From assembly GCA_016933535.1 (NCBI GenBank), contig JAFGAS010000077.1, forward strand, positions 1,540 to 65,539: a stretch of 64,000 nucleotides of DNA, read 5' to 3'. Below, one piece after another: positions 7,647 through 15,422 of this stretch (within the stretch, counting starts at the first letter, position 1; every line of letters starts with the position of its first letter). The translations under genes and the position numbers were made by a program. Below the pieces are notes generated by a model, which was not told where the DNA came from, did no database searches, and saw nothing but the letters and a program-made list of their open reading frames with translations. Source of the DNA: Candidatus Zymogenaceae bacterium (lineage in GTDB: Bacteria > Desulfobacterota > Zymogenia > Zymogenales > Zymogenaceae).

Positions 7647-8588
7647 TCAATGGAGCACGGGGTACATCCGTCCCGCCTCGTAGAGCAGCCGCCACGGCCC
7701 GCCTCCCCCGACACAGGAGATCGTGACATAGGCCCGGTCGACGCCCGAGAGTGAAAAGATGTCATTATCCAGGTCGGCCGTCTCCCATCGGCAGATCCGG
7801 CGGCCCGCACCGTCGCGCGCCTCGATCACGAGTTCCATGCCGTCTTGCCGGTAATCGAGGACGAAGAAATATTCGTCGGCCGATTCGGCCTCGTAGAGGT
7901 AGTCAATACGCAGGCCCGCCTCGAGGAACCCCTCGACCTCATGCATCGCCGCCGGCCCCCCGCTTCTCATACCCCCGATCGCATACATAAGACATCCGCG
8001 GCTCCCGTCGGGATTTTCCCACTGCCAGTGGTCGATCAGCTCGTCGTAGGCAAGGAGCCTTCCGGTCTCCGGTCCCAGGTCGGGGTCCATGATCGTCACG
8101 ACGCCGGGCCCGTCGTCGTAGCCAACCGCCAGCACGAAGTGTTCGTAGGTGTCGTATCGGTGGTGCCGGGGGTCCTCGTTGAACGATACCACCACCGGCC
8201 ATCCCCGCGAGAGGAGTCGCTTCAGGTAGTCCAGAAACGCGCCGCCCTCATCGGGACTAAAGTCCTCGATGAGCAAATACTCCCCCTCGACACCGAGGAC
8301 AAGGCCCGCGGCATAGAGGTCCTCGCTGTAGCAACCGCGGCCTGCCTTCAGGCCCGAGGCGCGGTGGATCTGTTGTTGGGTTATCGGGACGCCGAAGGCC
8401 CCCAGCGCCATGACGTAGCAGGCCTCCCCGCAGAAGTCGGGCAGCTGCCGCTCATACGTCACCGCGACCGAAGCCTTAGGACCGACCATCCCGGCGACAA
8501 CGGGAAGGCAGTGCCGTATCTCGGCCCGTGCGGCAGGCCCGAGGAAAAACGACAGGATGATCGCGGCGGCGATACAACAAGTTTTCAT
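7647..8588 (-). CDS. secreted papain-like (peptidase C39-like) cysteine peptidase with an extra C-terminal domain
   Basis: Signal peptide MKTCCIAAAIILSFFLGPAARAE. Q..DFCGEACYVMALGAFG (Gln/Cys), YEHFVLAVGYDD (His), TIMDPD (Asp). Start trimmed to the ATG at 8588; the track ORF extends to 8828. Confidence 0.65.
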   Translation of the reverse strand: MKTCCIAAAIILSFFLGPAARAEIRHCLPVVAGMVGPKASVAVTYERQLPDFCGEACYVMALGAFGVPITQQQIHRASGLKAGRGCYSEDLYAAGLVLGVEGEYLLIEDFSPDEGGAFLDYLKRLLSRGWPVVVSFNEDPRHHRYDTYEHFVLAVGYDDGPGVVTIMDPDLGPETGRLLAYDELIDHWQWENPDGSRGCLMYAIGGMRSGGPAAMHEVEGFLEAGLRIDYLYEAESADEYFFVLDYRQDGMELVIEARDGAGRRICRWETADLDNDIFSLSGVDRAYVTISCVGGGGPWRLLYEAGRMYPVLH

Positions 8589-8742
8589 CTGATTGGTCCG
8601 GTTTCCGTGTGTCGGCGATACGAAGACAATAGCCGAGCGGCGCGGCCGTGTCAAGGGCCTTTGCGCGCAGGTCCCCGCGTATCTCACGTCGCGTCCGAAG
8701 GACACGTTTCCCGGAACACCTCCCCAAAAGAAAAGAGAGGAA

Positions 8743-8767
8743 TTTTGACCCATTTTATGGGGCAAAA
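8743..8767. promoter_or_regulatory. 25-bp dyad TTTTGACCCAT-TTT-ATGGGGCAAAA, candidate bEBP upstream activating sequence
   Basis: Near-perfect palindrome (10 of 11 arm positions), 231 bp upstream of the -24 TGGC at 8974. A homologous copy sits at 15080-15104. Confidence 0.45.
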
Positions 8768-8973
8768 GAGACCAACGGGACATTCGTCTTCGGGCACGCC
8801 CGTCCCGGCCCTTCCCGCCGCACCTCACCCAAAAAGGGCCGCCATCCCCTCCGATCCGATCATCGTCCGTATTATCTCCTTTTTCTCAAGGATTTCACAT
8901 AATATCGGCCGGGCACGCCGCCGGCAAGCGGAACAACGGGCCCTCTCGGGCCGATCCGCCCCTTGGTCAATAT

Positions 8974-8989
8974 TGGCATATGAATTGCT
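8974..8989 (+). promoter_or_regulatory. sigma-54 (-24/-12) promoter
   Basis: TGGCAT-ATGAA-TTGCT matches TGGCAC-N5-TTGCW. It ends 45 nt upstream of the 9034 start. Confidence 0.6.
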
Positions 8990-9033
8990 AAATAAGGAAA
9001 CAGGAGTAATCCAGGCGGATACTATTATCACCC

Positions 9034-9417
9034 ATGTCAAAAGAACCCGAAAGAATATTGGTGCTGGACGGCGACCCCGCCGTTCAGCCCGAGATCGAGC
9101 GGATCTTTGAGCGCGACGATCTGGCGATCGACTTCTGCTCGCGGATCGTGGATGCCGTCCGGTCGCTCAAGGAAACACGCTATGTCGCCGCCGTGGTGGA
9201 CGTGGGGCTTGCCGACACCCCCTGGGACAAGGCGGTGGGCATCCTGAAGGCGGTGGACGGTACGCTTCCCGTTATCCTGACGGTCGAACGCAACACACGC
9301 GAGCTCGAGAGCAAGGTGCGGGAACAGGATGTCTTTTACTACTATATCAAGTCGTTTGATACCGAGGAGCTGAGGCTGGCCGTGATGGAGGCAATGCGGC
9401 TCGCCCGGACGCCGTAG
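9034..9417 (+). CDS. single-domain response regulator (receiver)
   Basis: RILVLDGDP, AAVVDVGLAD, PVILTV and YYIKSF are collinear with REC acidic pocket, phospho-Asp, Thr and Lys positions. Confidence 0.75.
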   Translation: MSKEPERILVLDGDPAVQPEIERIFERDDLAIDFCSRIVDAVRSLKETRYVAAVVDVGLADTPWDKAVGILKAVDGTLPVILTVERNTRELESKVREQDVFYYYIKSFDTEELRLAVMEAMRLARTP

Positions 9418-9466
9418 GACGGCGCCCTCGGCTGGCCGCACGCGGATAATTTTACAAGGACACCCC

Positions 9467-10609
9467 GTGGTAGAGACACAAAAATCGCAGGGCGCGACAG
9501 GGTTAGGACGGCTTGAGACGATCCTCGTGATCGAGGACGAAGAGATCATGCGCCAGGCGTGCGTCGATATCCTCACCGACCAGGGCTATCGCGTTTTGAC
9601 GGCGGAAAACGGGACCGTCGGCCTCGATTATACCAGGGAGCACGGGCCCGACCTGGTGCTGGTGGATATCCGTATGCCGGGCATCGAGGGTCTGGAGGTG
9701 CTGCGCCTCATTGAGGGAATCGACCCCTCGATCATCAAGATCGTCATCACGGGATACGCCACCATCGAGTACGCGGTGGCCTCCATGAAAAACGGCGCGT
9801 ACGATTTTCTCCCCAAGCCCTTTACCCCGGAGGAGCTGCGCCTCATCGTAAGCAGGGGTCTCGAACGCAGGCGGCTGGCCGCCGAAAAAGAGGCCTTGGT
9901 CGCCGAAAAGAAGAAGATGACCGAGTTTTTTATATCGATCGTCTCCCACCAGCTCCAGTCGCCGCTGTCGGCCGTCAAGCAAAACTTTGAGGTTATCCTC
10001 GGCGATATGGCCGGCCCGGTCTCTGTCGAGGCCCGCGATATCATCGTCAGGGCCGACCACCGGGTCGACGACCTGATCGCCCTCATACAGGATTGGCTCT
10101 CCTTTGCCCGTTTTGACCCCACCAGTGTTCGGGACGAATTTACCGAGCTTAACGTGGCGGAAATAATCGGGCGCCGTATCGAGTCCCTGGCCCCGATCAT
10201 CGAACCGAGCGCCGTCCGGGTTTCGCTGGCCGCAGACCCCGACCTCCCCCCCGTTATGGGGGACGAGCGTTCCCTCGGGGAGGCCTTCGGTAATCTTATC
10301 AATAACGGTGTCAAGTACAACCGCCGGGGCGGCACGCTCGATATCACCGTGAAGACAGAGAGTCCGCTGTGCGTCGTTCGGTTTGCCGACAACGGCATCG
10401 GGATCCCCGACAAGGATATCCCCCTGATTTTTTCCGAATTCTTCCGAGTCAAGAACAAGGACACGAAGGAGATCAAGGGGACGGGGCTGGGGCTGGCGAT
10501 CGTCAAAAAGATCGTCGAGGCCCACGACGGGACGATCGATTTCCAGACGCAGTACGGACGGGGAACCGTGTTTACCGTTCGGTTGCCCATCGCCCGCCCG
10601 CTGCAATAG
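9467..10609 (+). CDS. hybrid receiver-histidine kinase (REC-HisKA-HATPase)
   Basis: ILVIEDEEIMRQ...LVLVDIRMPG (REC), FISIVSHQLQSPL (H-box), NLINNGVKYN (N-box), DNGIGI and GTGLGLAIV (G-boxes). GTG start as in the track. Confidence 0.85.
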   Translation: MVETQKSQGATGLGRLETILVIEDEEIMRQACVDILTDQGYRVLTAENGTVGLDYTREHGPDLVLVDIRMPGIEGLEVLRLIEGIDPSIIKIVITGYATIEYAVASMKNGAYDFLPKPFTPEELRLIVSRGLERRRLAAEKEALVAEKKKMTEFFISIVSHQLQSPLSAVKQNFEVILGDMAGPVSVEARDIIVRADHRVDDLIALIQDWLSFARFDPTSVRDEFTELNVAEIIGRRIESLAPIIEPSAVRVSLAADPDLPPVMGDERSLGEAFGNLINNGVKYNRRGGTLDITVKTESPLCVVRFADNGIGIPDKDIPLIFSEFFRVKNKDTKEIKGTGLGLAIVKKIVEAHDGTIDFQTQYGRGTVFTVRLPIARPLQ

Positions 10610-10709
10610 CGGCTCACACGCCGGCACCGTTTCCCGCCGGAGACGGCTTGCGCCGGTTTTACGTGATACCGGATACGTTTGGTCATACCTACTATGAAAG
10701 GGGGAACAG

Positions 10710-11129
10710 ATGACACAGGGAAAAAAGATTCTCCTCGTGGACGACGACAGCGACTTCCGCAGCGCGACCAGAAAGATCCTCGAATCCGGGGGTTATAAGG
10801 TCGTCGAGGCCGCCAGCGGCCAAGAGGGTTACCAGAAGGCCAAATCGGAGAGCCCCGATCTTGCCGTCATCGATGTCATCATGGAGACCTTCAGCGAAGG
10901 CTTCAACCTGATTAAACAACTCGGCTCCGACGAGTGGACGAAGGGGATTCCCCGCATCGTCCTGACCAGCCTGGGTCTCCAGCAGGAAATGGACATGGTA
11001 ACCCCCGAGGAGCTCGGCACCAAGTACATCATCCAGAAGCCGGTCAAGCCCGCCGAATTTCTCGCGCTGGTCGAGAAGGCCCTCAGAACGGCGCCGCAGG
11101 CGAAAAAGGACGAACTGGGAGACGTGTGA
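10710..11129 (+). CDS. single-domain response regulator (receiver)
   Basis: KKILLVDDDSDFR, DLAVIDVIM, LTSLG, IQKPV. RBS AGGGGGA. Confidence 0.9.
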   Translation: MTQGKKILLVDDDSDFRSATRKILESGGYKVVEAASGQEGYQKAKSESPDLAVIDVIMETFSEGFNLIKQLGSDEWTKGIPRIVLTSLGLQQEMDMVTPEELGTKYIIQKPVKPAEFLALVEKALRTAPQAKKDELGDV

Positions 11130-11177
11130 TAGGCCGTCGGCCGCCCGTTGCCCATTCCAATACCCGTCCGCCGCGGG

Positions 11178-11203
11178 TCCGGCCCGGCAAAGGCCGGGCC
11201 GGA
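11178..11203 (+). terminator. GC-rich hairpin after the receiver gene (terminator candidate, no clear T tail)
   Basis: TCCGGCCCGGC / GCCGGGCCGGA, an 11-bp perfect stem with a 4-nt loop. Confidence 0.4.
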
Positions 11204-11404
11204 CATCGTAACGGCCTTTTACCCAAACCCGAGAGCCGGACGGCCCGCCGACACAGGGCTTTCCCGGGACCGCTGTCCGTGCCGCCCGCACAGGGTTTTA
11301 CGGTGTCCCGCGGACCGCGAAGACGCCTCCCCCCCGCCTTCTTTCCCGACAACCGGGGCGGATCCCTCATGGCATAAGCCGAACCCTCCGCTTGAAAAAT
11401 CTCC

Positions 11405-11434
11405 TTGATCAATCACCGAAAAAAAGGGTAAAAT
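11405..11434 (+). promoter_or_regulatory. sigma-70-like promoter candidate for the PAS kinase / bEBP genes
   Basis: TTGATC, 18 nt, TAAAAT, ~100 nt upstream of 11533. A 9-bp GC hairpin (11497-11518) lies between it and the start codon. Confidence 0.35.
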
Positions 11435-11532
11435 AGATAGTTGAATGCCCGTGCCAAGGGGTAATTGGGGAGGCATGGGGCGGATTTCCCCATTGGGGCG
11501 CGCCGCGCTCGGCGCGCCGGGTTGTCTTTACG

Positions 11533-13374
11533 ATGGAGGGACCGGTGTCGATATCCGATTACGAATGGATATTCCAGATGGGGGACAACGGCATCCTTCT
11601 GTTGGACGAGGCCTACCGTGTAAAAAACGCCAACCGGATGGCCACGGAGCTGACCGGCTACCCGTACGATGACTTGATCGGGATCGATTTTTCGGCGCTG
11701 CTTGGCGTAAAGGGCCGCGACTTTCTCTTCGAGCTCTGCGAGGGAAGCCCGGCACTGGAAAGCCGCCGCTTCTGCATCGAGATGGAGATCGTCGTTTCTT
11801 CCGGTCGGCCGCGTCCCTTTGAGGTCTGCGTCAGCACTGCCGCGACTCCCGACAAAAAGAAGAACATCGCCATATTCATTCGGGATCTCACCGAGCGTAT
11901 CCTGATGGAACGGGAGATCCGCCGCTCCAACGAGTTTATGACTTCCCTTATCGAGAGCTCCTACGACGGCATTATCGCGGCCGACATGACCGGCACCATC
12001 ATTATCTTCAACAAAGGGGCCGAAAACCTCCTCGGCTATACGGCCGACGAGGTTATCGGCAAGATGAACGCCTCGGCGCTCTATCCCCCCGGGGTCGCCC
12101 GGGATATCATGCGAAAGCTCCGCGACGATAAATACGGCGGCAAGGGGAGGCTCTCCGCCCAGCGGTACGTCGGGATTGCCCGAAGCGGCGAACAGATCCC
12201 GGTGATGCTGTCGGGGTCCCTCATCTATCAGGACGACAGAGAGACCGCCACTGTCGGTTTCTTCTACGACCTGAGGGACATCCTCTCCGCCCAGCAGGAG
12301 ATTCTCGAATCCGAGAAGAACTTCCATTACCTGTTCGAGACGGTCCGCCACGGCGTCTATTTCTCGACCCGCGAGGGGAGATTCATCGACTGCAACCAGA
12401 CACTGCTGGATATGCTCGGCTATGCAAGCAAGGAGGACTTTCTGTCCATCGACATCCCGACGCAGCTCTATGCCGACCCGGGTGAGCGCCTGAAGTTTCA
12501 GCAGATCATCGAGCGCGACGGCTTCGTGAAGGACTACGAGGTCACCTTCAAGAGGAAAAGCGGCCGGCCCATCGACGTCCAGCTGACCGCCCACCTGAAG
12601 AAGGACCGGTCGGGTATCTGGTATCAGGGGCTGGTCATCGACGTGACGGAGCGCCGTATACGAGAACAGCAGATGCTCCAGTCGGCCAAGATGGCCTCCC
12701 TCGGAAAGCTTGCCGCCGGCGTCGCCCACGAGATCAATAATCCCCTCGGCGGTATTTTCGTCTACGCCAATCTGCTGGAGGAAAAGACCCAAAAGGACGA
12801 CCCGCTGCACGCCTACATCGAAAAGATCCTGACGGCCGCCTCCCGGACGAAAGAGATCGTCAAGGGACTCCTCGAGTTTTCCCGGCCGACCAAGCTCAAT
12901 TTCGTCTCCACGAGCGTCAACGATGCCCTCGAAAACGTTCTGGCGCTCCTCGACCAGCAGGGCCTCTTCTACCACGTTCAGATCACCAAGGACCTTATTG
13001 CCTCCCCGCCCGGCGTCATTGCCGACCCGACTCAAATCGAACAGGTCTTCATGAACATCATCATGAACGCGACGGAGGCGATGCAGGGAGACGGCCGGCT
13101 GGATATCAAGACGGCCGTTTCGGCCGACGGAAAGCTTCTGGACACAATCATCTCCGACACCGGCCCCGGTATCTCCCAAGAGGACATCGGCAGGATTTTC
13201 GAGCCCTTCTATACGACCAAGGACCCCTCCTCCACAGGGTCGGGAACGGGTCTGGGGCTTGCCATCAGCTACGGGATCATCGAAAAGCACAACGGGACGA
13301 TCACGGTGGCAAGCCGGGAGGGCTCAGGAACCACCTTTACCGTCCGGCTGCCGATCGAGGACGAAAAACAGTAG
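11533..13374 (+). CDS. multi-PAS sensor histidine kinase
   Basis: Several PAS-like repeats, H-box AAGVAHEINNPLGG, N-box NIIMNATEA, DTGPGI, GTGLGLAISYGI. The antisense ORF 11413..13290 is its shadow. Confidence 0.9.
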   Translation: MEGPVSISDYEWIFQMGDNGILLLDEAYRVKNANRMATELTGYPYDDLIGIDFSALLGVKGRDFLFELCEGSPALESRRFCIEMEIVVSSGRPRPFEVCVSTAATPDKKKNIAIFIRDLTERILMEREIRRSNEFMTSLIESSYDGIIAADMTGTIIIFNKGAENLLGYTADEVIGKMNASALYPPGVARDIMRKLRDDKYGGKGRLSAQRYVGIARSGEQIPVMLSGSLIYQDDRETATVGFFYDLRDILSAQQEILESEKNFHYLFETVRHGVYFSTREGRFIDCNQTLLDMLGYASKEDFLSIDIPTQLYADPGERLKFQQIIERDGFVKDYEVTFKRKSGRPIDVQLTAHLKKDRSGIWYQGLVIDVTERRIREQQMLQSAKMASLGKLAAGVAHEINNPLGGIFVYANLLEEKTQKDDPLHAYIEKILTAASRTKEIVKGLLEFSRPTKLNFVSTSVNDALENVLALLDQQGLFYHVQITKDLIASPPGVIADPTQIEQVFMNIIMNATEAMQGDGRLDIKTAVSADGKLLDTIISDTGPGISQEDIGRIFEPFYTTKDPSSTGSGTGLGLAISYGIIEKHNGTITVASREGSGTTFTVRLPIEDEKQ

Positions 13375-13467
13375 GGAAAACAATACCCCGTCAAGGGAAA
13401 CGGGGCAAGACGGGAGTTTGTCCGGGCAGGGTTCCCGGAAGAATCGACGAGTGAGGAGCAGTATCCA

Positions 13468-14844
13468 ATGAGCGCACATTCCCGCATATTGGTCGTCGAC
13501 GACGACCCCGGCATCTGCGATGCGATCCGGGAGGTCATCACCGCGGAAGGCTATGCCGTTCAGACGGCTCCCGACGGGGAGGCGGGCCTGGCGCTGGTCA
13601 AGGAGCACGGTTTTGACCTGATCATCGTCGACCTTGTGATGCGGGGCATGGACGGGATGGCGGTTTTGCGCAGCGTAAAGGCCGATGATCCGGACGCGGT
13701 GGTGATCGTCATTACGGCCCACGGAACGATAGAGGCCGCCGTACAGGCGATGAAGCTGGGGGCCTTCGATTTTCTCTCAAAACCGTTTACCCCCGACGAA
13801 CTGAGAATGGCCGTGAGACGCGGGCTTTCGGTGCGCCGGCTCACGCTGCATAATCGCCTCCTCAAGGAAGAATTAAAGTATTCCATCGGTATTCCGTCGG
13901 ATGTCAACCCGATCCTCGGGCTTTCATCGTCGATGGTCAAGGTCCGCGAGCAGATCCAAAAGGTCGCGCCGACCAACAGCACCGTGTTGATCCTCGGTGA
14001 AACGGGCACCGGCAAGGAGCTGGTCGCCCGGGCGATCCATCAGTTTTCCGAGCGGCAGCAGGAGCCGATGCTGACCGTCGATTGCGGCGCGCTGGTGGAG
14101 ACCCTGTTCGAGAGCGAGCTTTTCGGCCACGTAAAGGGGTCCTTTACGGGGGCTACGGCGACCAAGCACGGAAGATTCGAGCTCGCCAACGGGGGGACTC
14201 TCTTTCTGGACGAGATCACCAACATCGGCCCCAAGATACAGGGCAAGCTCCTGCGCGCCATTCAGGAGCGTGAGATCATCCGGGTGGGAAGCTCTCACTC
14301 CATCAAGGTGGACGTGCGCATCATCGCCGCCACCAACAGGGACATCCTCCAGGAGATCAACCAGGGCAATTTTCGTGAAGACCTCTTCTACCGCCTCTCC
14401 GTCGTGCCGATCCATCTCCCACCCTTACGGGAGCGCAAGGACGACATCACGGCGCTCACCGATCACTTCCTTGATAAATTCAAGCGCAAGAAGAAGAAGG
14501 ACGTGAAGGGCATATCGGAGGCCGCCATGAACGCCCTGATGTCGTACGACTGGCCGGGAAACGTCCGGGAGCTTGAGAGTGTTATCGAACGGGCGGCGGT
14601 GCTCACCGAAAACGAGACGATCATGCCGGCCGACCTTATGTTTTTCGGCGGACAGCAGCGTCCCGACAACGCGTTTCCCGAACATGAACTGGTGGCCCTC
14701 GAAACGCTCGAACAGCAGCATATCCGGCACGTCCTTACGGCAACCCAGGGCAAGAAGTCAAAGACGGCCGAGATCCTCGGTATCGACCGCAAGACGCTGC
14801 GTCTAAAGATGGCCAAATACGGCATCGGGGACGATTCGGACTGA
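13468..14844 (+). CDS. sigma-54-dependent response regulator (NtrC family bEBP: REC-AAA+-HTH)
   Basis: RILVVDDDP...LIIVDLVMRGMDG (REC), GETGTGKELVARAIH (Walker A), GSFTGA (GAFTGA variant), ESELFGH, C-terminal Fis-type HTH KTAEILGIDRKTLRLKM. Confidence 0.95.
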   Translation: MSAHSRILVVDDDPGICDAIREVITAEGYAVQTAPDGEAGLALVKEHGFDLIIVDLVMRGMDGMAVLRSVKADDPDAVVIVITAHGTIEAAVQAMKLGAFDFLSKPFTPDELRMAVRRGLSVRRLTLHNRLLKEELKYSIGIPSDVNPILGLSSSMVKVREQIQKVAPTNSTVLILGETGTGKELVARAIHQFSERQQEPMLTVDCGALVETLFESELFGHVKGSFTGATATKHGRFELANGGTLFLDEITNIGPKIQGKLLRAIQEREIIRVGSSHSIKVDVRIIAATNRDILQEINQGNFREDLFYRLSVVPIHLPPLRERKDDITALTDHFLDKFKRKKKKDVKGISEAAMNALMSYDWPGNVRELESVIERAAVLTENETIMPADLMFFGGQQRPDNAFPEHELVALETLEQQHIRHVLTATQGKKSKTAEILGIDRKTLRLKMAKYGIGDDSD

Positions 14845-15079
14845 TACCCGGCGCCCATCCCGGCAACGCCGACGGCCTTTTAGACCCGTCCCCGCGTCAA
14901 TCGAGGCCGCCGGGGGCCGCCCGGACGGTTGGTGTGGACGTCATGACCGTTTGGCCGCCCGTACCCGTCGAGTTTCCGGCGACTTCACACCGGGGATCAA
15001 TACGAACCAAAGGCCTTCGCACGAGGGTGCCGATCAATAGAACGGATTGTGCCCCCGGGACCGCGCCGCAAGAGAGGAA

Positions 15080-15104
15080 TTTTGCACCACCTGCTGGGGC
15101 AAAA
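15080..15104. promoter_or_regulatory. 25-bp dyad TTTTGCACCAC-CTG-CTGGGGCAAAA, candidate bEBP UAS (paralog of 8743-8767)
   Basis: Same flanking AGAGAGGAA, and the same distance (233 vs 231 bp) to the downstream sigma-54 element. Confidence 0.45.
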
Positions 15105-15312
15105 CGAACCACCCGATACCCCAATCGCGCCAACGACGCACCGCTGGGGCCGCCGGTGATTCATTCCGCGGCTTGAACACCGCACACGGTTCTCCTCCCC
15201 CCAAACCGGGGGTCCCCCTTTTCTCAACGATTTCAATGCATCACAACATGATCGCCCCGCCGTTGCCCGGCGGGACTCGTTAAGATCGAGCGCCTCCCAT
15301 TATCACGATGCT

Positions 15313-15328
15313 TGGCATAGGGATTGCT
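15313..15328 (+). promoter_or_regulatory. sigma-54 (-24/-12) promoter of the hox operon
   Basis: TGGCAT-AGGGA-TTGCT, ~95 nt upstream of the hoxF ATG. Confidence 0.65.
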
Positions 15329-15422
15329 TAATAGAACCATATTGTCTGTCATGTATGGACTGCAGAGGCGGCACACCTCGACCATTGTTTTTCTAAAAGT
15401 ATATCTTTAAAGAGGGGTAGCA

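Noticed and set aside
8589-8828. N-terminal extension of the peptidase ORF; there are similar extensions at 4457-4558, 17884-17937, 20576-20695, 36239-36376, 44173-44235, 48418-48672 and 56766-56864
   Set aside because: Internal start codons with better RBS give products that begin with the expected signal peptide or domain start. The extensions are Arg-rich, or overlap upstream genes or promoters.
7845-9110. 421-aa plus-strand ORF
   Set aside because: It is antisense to the C39-like peptidase gene, then runs through an intergenic region containing the UAS and sigma-54 elements. The composition is Arg/Pro-rich and it has no RBS.
11413-13290. 625-aa minus-strand ORF
   Set aside because: It is fully antisense to the PAS histidine kinase, whose H, N and G boxes are unambiguous. 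It is a shadow ORF.
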